Assembly: GCF_000020025.1 (NCBI RefSeq)
Contig: NC_010628.1
Location: forward strand, 5,970,001 to 6,002,000
Source: Nostoc punctiforme PCC 73102
GTDB taxonomy: Bacteria > Cyanobacteriota > Cyanobacteriia > Cyanobacteriales > Nostocaceae
Direction: 5' to 3'
Length of the DNA: 32,000 nt
A program made the position numbers and the translations under genes. The notes under the pieces are model-generated. The model had not been told where the DNA came from and did no database searches. It saw only the letters and a list, made by a program, of their open reading frames with translations. Below, piece after piece: positions 25,589 to 32,000 of the stretch (the stretch's first letter is position 1; every line of letters begins with the position of its first letter).

Positions 25589-26077
25589 TTAGCTTAAGCC
25601 AGAAGAGATATAGTCTAAGTAAACGCCCATTTCCTTACCAGCGTCAGAACCAACCAAGCTAGCGGTTACTTCCTTGATTGCTTGGATAGCTTGCACGGTA
25701 GCACCAACGGGAACTCCTAAAGAGTTGTAGGTTTCCTTCAAGCCATTTAATACACGCTCATCCAAAATGGAAGGATCGCCAGCTAACATAGCGTAGGTGG
25801 CATAGCGGAGGTAGTAGTCCAAATCACGGATGCAAGCAGCATAGCGGCGGGTGGTGTACATGTTGCCGCCGGGACGGGTGATGTCAGAGTATAGCAAAGA
25901 TTTTGCTACAGCTTCTTTGACGATCGCAGCAGCATTAGCGCTGATGGTGCTAGCAGCACGTACCCGCAATTCGCCAGTAGCGAAGTAGCCTTTTAGTTTT
26001 TCTAAAGCAGAGTTGTCTAAGTATTTACCTTGAACGTCTGCGGAGTTAATGACAGCGGTAATTGCGTCTTGAGCCAT
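25589..26077 (-). CDS. apcB: ApcB, allophycocyanin beta subunit
   Basis: 162 aa. [21 protein letters not shown] ... [25 protein letters not shown] (chromophore Cys context). Confidence 0.97.
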   Translation of the reverse strand: MAQDAITAVINSADVQGKYLDNSALEKLKGYFATGELRVRAASTISANAAAIVKEAVAKSLLYSDITRPGGNMYTTRRYAACIRDLDYYLRYATYAMLAGDPSILDERVLNGLKETYNSLGVPVGATVQAIQAIKEVTASLVGSDAGKEMGVYLDYISSGLS

Positions 26078-26142
26078 GTTGTTAATTCCTTATTTCCAAC
26101 CGTATTGCAATACTTCTGTTTCGGCAGGGAAACAGCATCACC

Positions 26143-26628
26143 CTATAGCAGGGCACCAACTAGGTAGTCGAAGTAGGTACCAGCTTCAGAAGCATCATCA
26201 CCAGACAGCAATGTAGTAGCTACATTCTTCAGCCCACGGATACCTTCAGCAACACCATCAATAGGGGTTCCCAAGGACTTGTACAGTTCACGGGCACCGA
26301 TAACACCAATTTCTTCAATCGGTGTAACATCACCAGCAACGATACCGTAGGTAACGAGGCGGAGGTAGTAATCTAGGTCACGCAGGCAAGTAGCAGTCAA
26401 TTCTTGACCGTAAGCGTTACCACCAGGAGACACAACATCAGGACGCTTTTGGAACAATTGATCGCCAGCTTGCTTAACCAGCCGCTCACGATTTTCTGTC
26501 AAAATTTGAGCAATCCGCACGCGGCGTTCACCACTGGCAACAAAGGATTTGATCCGATCCAATTCACCAGGGCTGAGGTAGCGAGCTTCTGCATCAGCAT
26601 TCACGATAGCTTTCGTGACGATACTCAT
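26143..26628 (-). CDS. apcA: ApcA, allophycocyanin alpha subunit
   Basis: 161 aa from [26 protein letters not shown], with GGAGGA upstream of the ATG at 26628. [22 protein letters not shown]. The 7-codon upstream extension in the ORF track is rejected. Confidence 0.97.
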   Translation of the reverse strand: MSIVTKAIVNADAEARYLSPGELDRIKSFVASGERRVRIAQILTENRERLVKQAGDQLFQKRPDVVSPGGNAYGQELTATCLRDLDYYLRLVTYGIVAGDVTPIEEIGVIGARELYKSLGTPIDGVAEGIRGLKNVATTLLSGDDASEAGTYFDYLVGALL

Positions 26629-26993
26629 TAATGGATTCCTCCAATACAAATGAAACCAGGATTTGATTAAACTGGTGAGACTCTAAATTTGGTTTACTGA
26701 GTTTGTTCTCTCGTGCTTTTAGACACAACAGTTTGATAACTGCTACGACTAATTAATTACGAGTTTTCTTGAGTCAACACAAGCACACAAGCTTTTAAAC
26801 TCAGTTACCTTCCGCAAAACATTTTCCGGCATTCTGTTGAGCATTTATGACTGCTCTTAACACTTTGTAATATTACCTTTCAGAATTCCCTGTTTTAGCT
26901 GTAATCTGAGAGCAATATTACGAAAGGTTACAAAGGAGAATTGGGAATTGGGAAAAATTAAATTCCCAGTCCCAAGTCTCCAGTTTTTAATCT

Positions 26994-30401
<3,408 letters not shown>

Positions 30402-30859
30402 TTATGAGCCTGAGAGTATTGCCTGCAAAACTGCCAGTAAATTAACCCAGTTAGCTTTTAGATTAGAACGTTTTGCGTTCTCAAGGCTGGTTTATTAAGA
30501 AGTGTGTAGAACCTGTAGCTTAGATACATCCAGTCTCAAGAGTACATACTCTTGTTTGGCTGAGATCAAATCTAAGTTTTGTAACTCAGGAATAGGCTAG
30601 GCATGGTCTACTGATGCCGAAAACCTCTGTTTTGATGTTTGTGGCAGTATCCATTTTACGATTATTGCAACTGTTGCAAAATCTTAGTTGAAACTAAATT
30701 TCCTTCAGCAATGATCGGTGGACAGTAGTCACTAGTCGATGTTAAGTTGTTTTTGCTACTGATGACTGAATATTACGAAATAACGCCGCCCTGGAAATAA
30801 TTCTCAAATTGCGGTGTTTTTTAGCTTTAGCTATCAGTATTCTTTAACGGGAAAATACT

Positions 30860-31390
30860 ATGCGCAAAAGTTCTAAATTTAACTATTTAACCCAAGTTGC
30901 CTTGTCTGCGATCGCAGTTATTTTAGCTGTCACTCCTGCAAATGCGCTTCCCGAGCAGAACATCAACACCGTTGTTAAGTGGGCAAAGACTCGTTCGCAA
31001 CTACCAACTTTGAGATACAACAGTGAAGCCCACGGCTACGAGGGAACAAAAGGAAAATTATACTTTTATGCTAATGTCACCGAAGAAAATGGGACAGTGA
31101 CCAAAGAAGGAATAACCGTGAGTGGTGACTCAAGCATCAAATTCACCACAAAAAATGCCAAAACGGTGAAACTATTAGAAAATATTTATAATTCTAATAT
31201 TGCTAATGACTTCCAGAAGTCTCGGTATGCCACCAAGGTTGGACGTGACCAGTTTTATCGTGGACAAAAGTTTGCTTACATCACGACGGCGGTGCAAGGT
31301 GGGTCATCATTCCAGATAATTCCCTTGAATAAGTTGCAAGAGTTTATAGATAATGCCAAATATTGCCAAACTAATCAATGCGACATTTAA
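30860..31390 (+). CDS. Secreted hypothetical protein
   Basis: 176 aa. Sec-type signal peptide (KFNYLTQVALSAIAVILAVTPANA | LPEQ) and a C-terminal Cys pair CQTNQC. I recognise no family. Confidence 0.55.
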   Translation: MRKSSKFNYLTQVALSAIAVILAVTPANALPEQNINTVVKWAKTRSQLPTLRYNSEAHGYEGTKGKLYFYANVTEENGTVTKEGITVSGDSSIKFTTKNAKTVKLLENIYNSNIANDFQKSRYATKVGRDQFYRGQKFAYITTAVQGGSSFQIIPLNKLQEFIDNAKYCQTNQCDI

Positions 31391-31418
31391 TTAAGTGTGT
31401 TATTAAATTTGGTATTTC

Positions 31419-32000
31419 ATGCTGATAAAGCGACGTAAATTTATAGGCTTAATTCCTGCTTTGGTAACAGCTAGTACTAGCTGCATTCTTTTGAGTTTCA
31501 ATACCACCAAATATTTAACAGTTAATCGGAAACGAAATTTACCCTTCTTCTTAGGCTGGTATGACCACATTTACAATATTGATGTTTCAACCCAAGTATC
31601 TTCTAAAGGAATTGATCTATTAATACCTTATGTAGTACAAGCAGACAAGGGAAAAATTCAAGCATTTCTGGATATTTCTAAGAAAGCAGGAGTAAAAGTT
31701 TTATTAGAAATTTATCGTCCCCTAGTTGAATCAGAAAATATCTTAGGAGTAAAACATTTTATTCTTACTTATAAAAATCATCCTTCTGTTTATGGTTGGT
31801 ATCTTTATGATGAACCAGAGATTAAAAAACCTACACCGCTCTCTCCAGATTTATTAAAAAAGATATACCAAGCTATTAAGGAAGAAGATAATTATAAGCC
31901 AGTTGCTTTAGTCTTTGCTGACATTAAAAAAATTGAATCTTACGCCGATGCAATGGATATACTGATGTGGGATCGTTATCCTTGCGAGGAGGGAGTTTCA
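31419..32000 (+). CDS. Partial (5-prime) CDS: exported TIM-barrel glycoside-hydrolase-like protein
   Basis: Open frame from the ATG at 31419 to the window end (194 codons, so absent from the ORF track). N-terminus MLIKRRKFIGLIPALVTAS resembles a twin-arginine signal. HPSVYGWYLYDEPE resembles the acid/base strand of clan GH-A hydrolases. Confidence 0.5.
   Translation, partial: MLIKRRKFIGLIPALVTASTSCILLSFNTTKYLTVNRKRNLPFFLGWYDHIYNIDVSTQVSSKGIDLLIPYVVQADKGKIQAFLDISKKAGVKVLLEIYRPLVESENILGVKHFILTYKNHPSVYGWYLYDEPEIKKPTPLSPDLLKKIYQAIKEEDNYKPVALVFADIKKIESYADAMDILMWDRYPCEEGVS

Noticed and set aside
26629-26649. Upstream in-frame start codons extending apcA (26649) and apcE (30386).
   Set aside because: Canonical ApcA (MSIVTKAI) and ApcE (MSVKASGG) N-termini begin at the downstream ATGs. 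The GGAGGA RBS fits the apcA start at 26628.

Overview
The window reads as chromosome from a heterocystous (Nostoc/Anabaena-type) cyanobacterium. Supporting signs: about 19 perfect HIP1 palindromes (GCGATCGC), a phycobilisome core operon whose ApcE has four REP domains, expanded Uma2 nucleases, and an H-NOX gene closely resembling the characterised Nostoc H-NOX proteins. Well-supported core blocks: (i) sufR divergent from sufBCDS (2.9-8.8 kb), with two CAAC-N6-GTTG operators in the spacer; (ii) ftsW-like SEDS gene (18.1-19.3 kb); (iii) H-NOX plus HNOBA-histidine kinase operon (19.6-21.6 kb); (iv) apcE-apcA-apcB-apcC on the minus strand (25.2-30.3 kb). Between these lie accessory-looking or uncharacterised genes. 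After sufS come three PD-(D/E)xK-fold genes in a row (one HsdR_N-like, two tandem Uma2). Next is an AT-rich orphan ParA-like ATPase. Then comes an operon of two paralogous ~750-aa single-pass membrane proteins with triple beta-sandwich-like N-termini; one ends in a WD40 propeller, the other in three Ig-like repeats. The best candidate for an undescribed system is a compact cassette directly upstream of, and on the same strand as, the H-NOX operon. It has a SAM methyltransferase translationally coupled (ATGA overlap) to a heme-oxygenase-like diiron oxidase with all six metal ligands, and a divergent Fe(II)/2OG-oxygenase-like gene. A ~40-nt purine-rich repeat occurs twice, once in the sufB-sufC spacer and once in frame inside sufD. 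I found no rRNA, tRNA, CRISPR array, transposase or integrase by eye. All calls rest on motif recognition and ORF context only. No database search, HMM or folding calculation was run, and domain boundaries are approximate.
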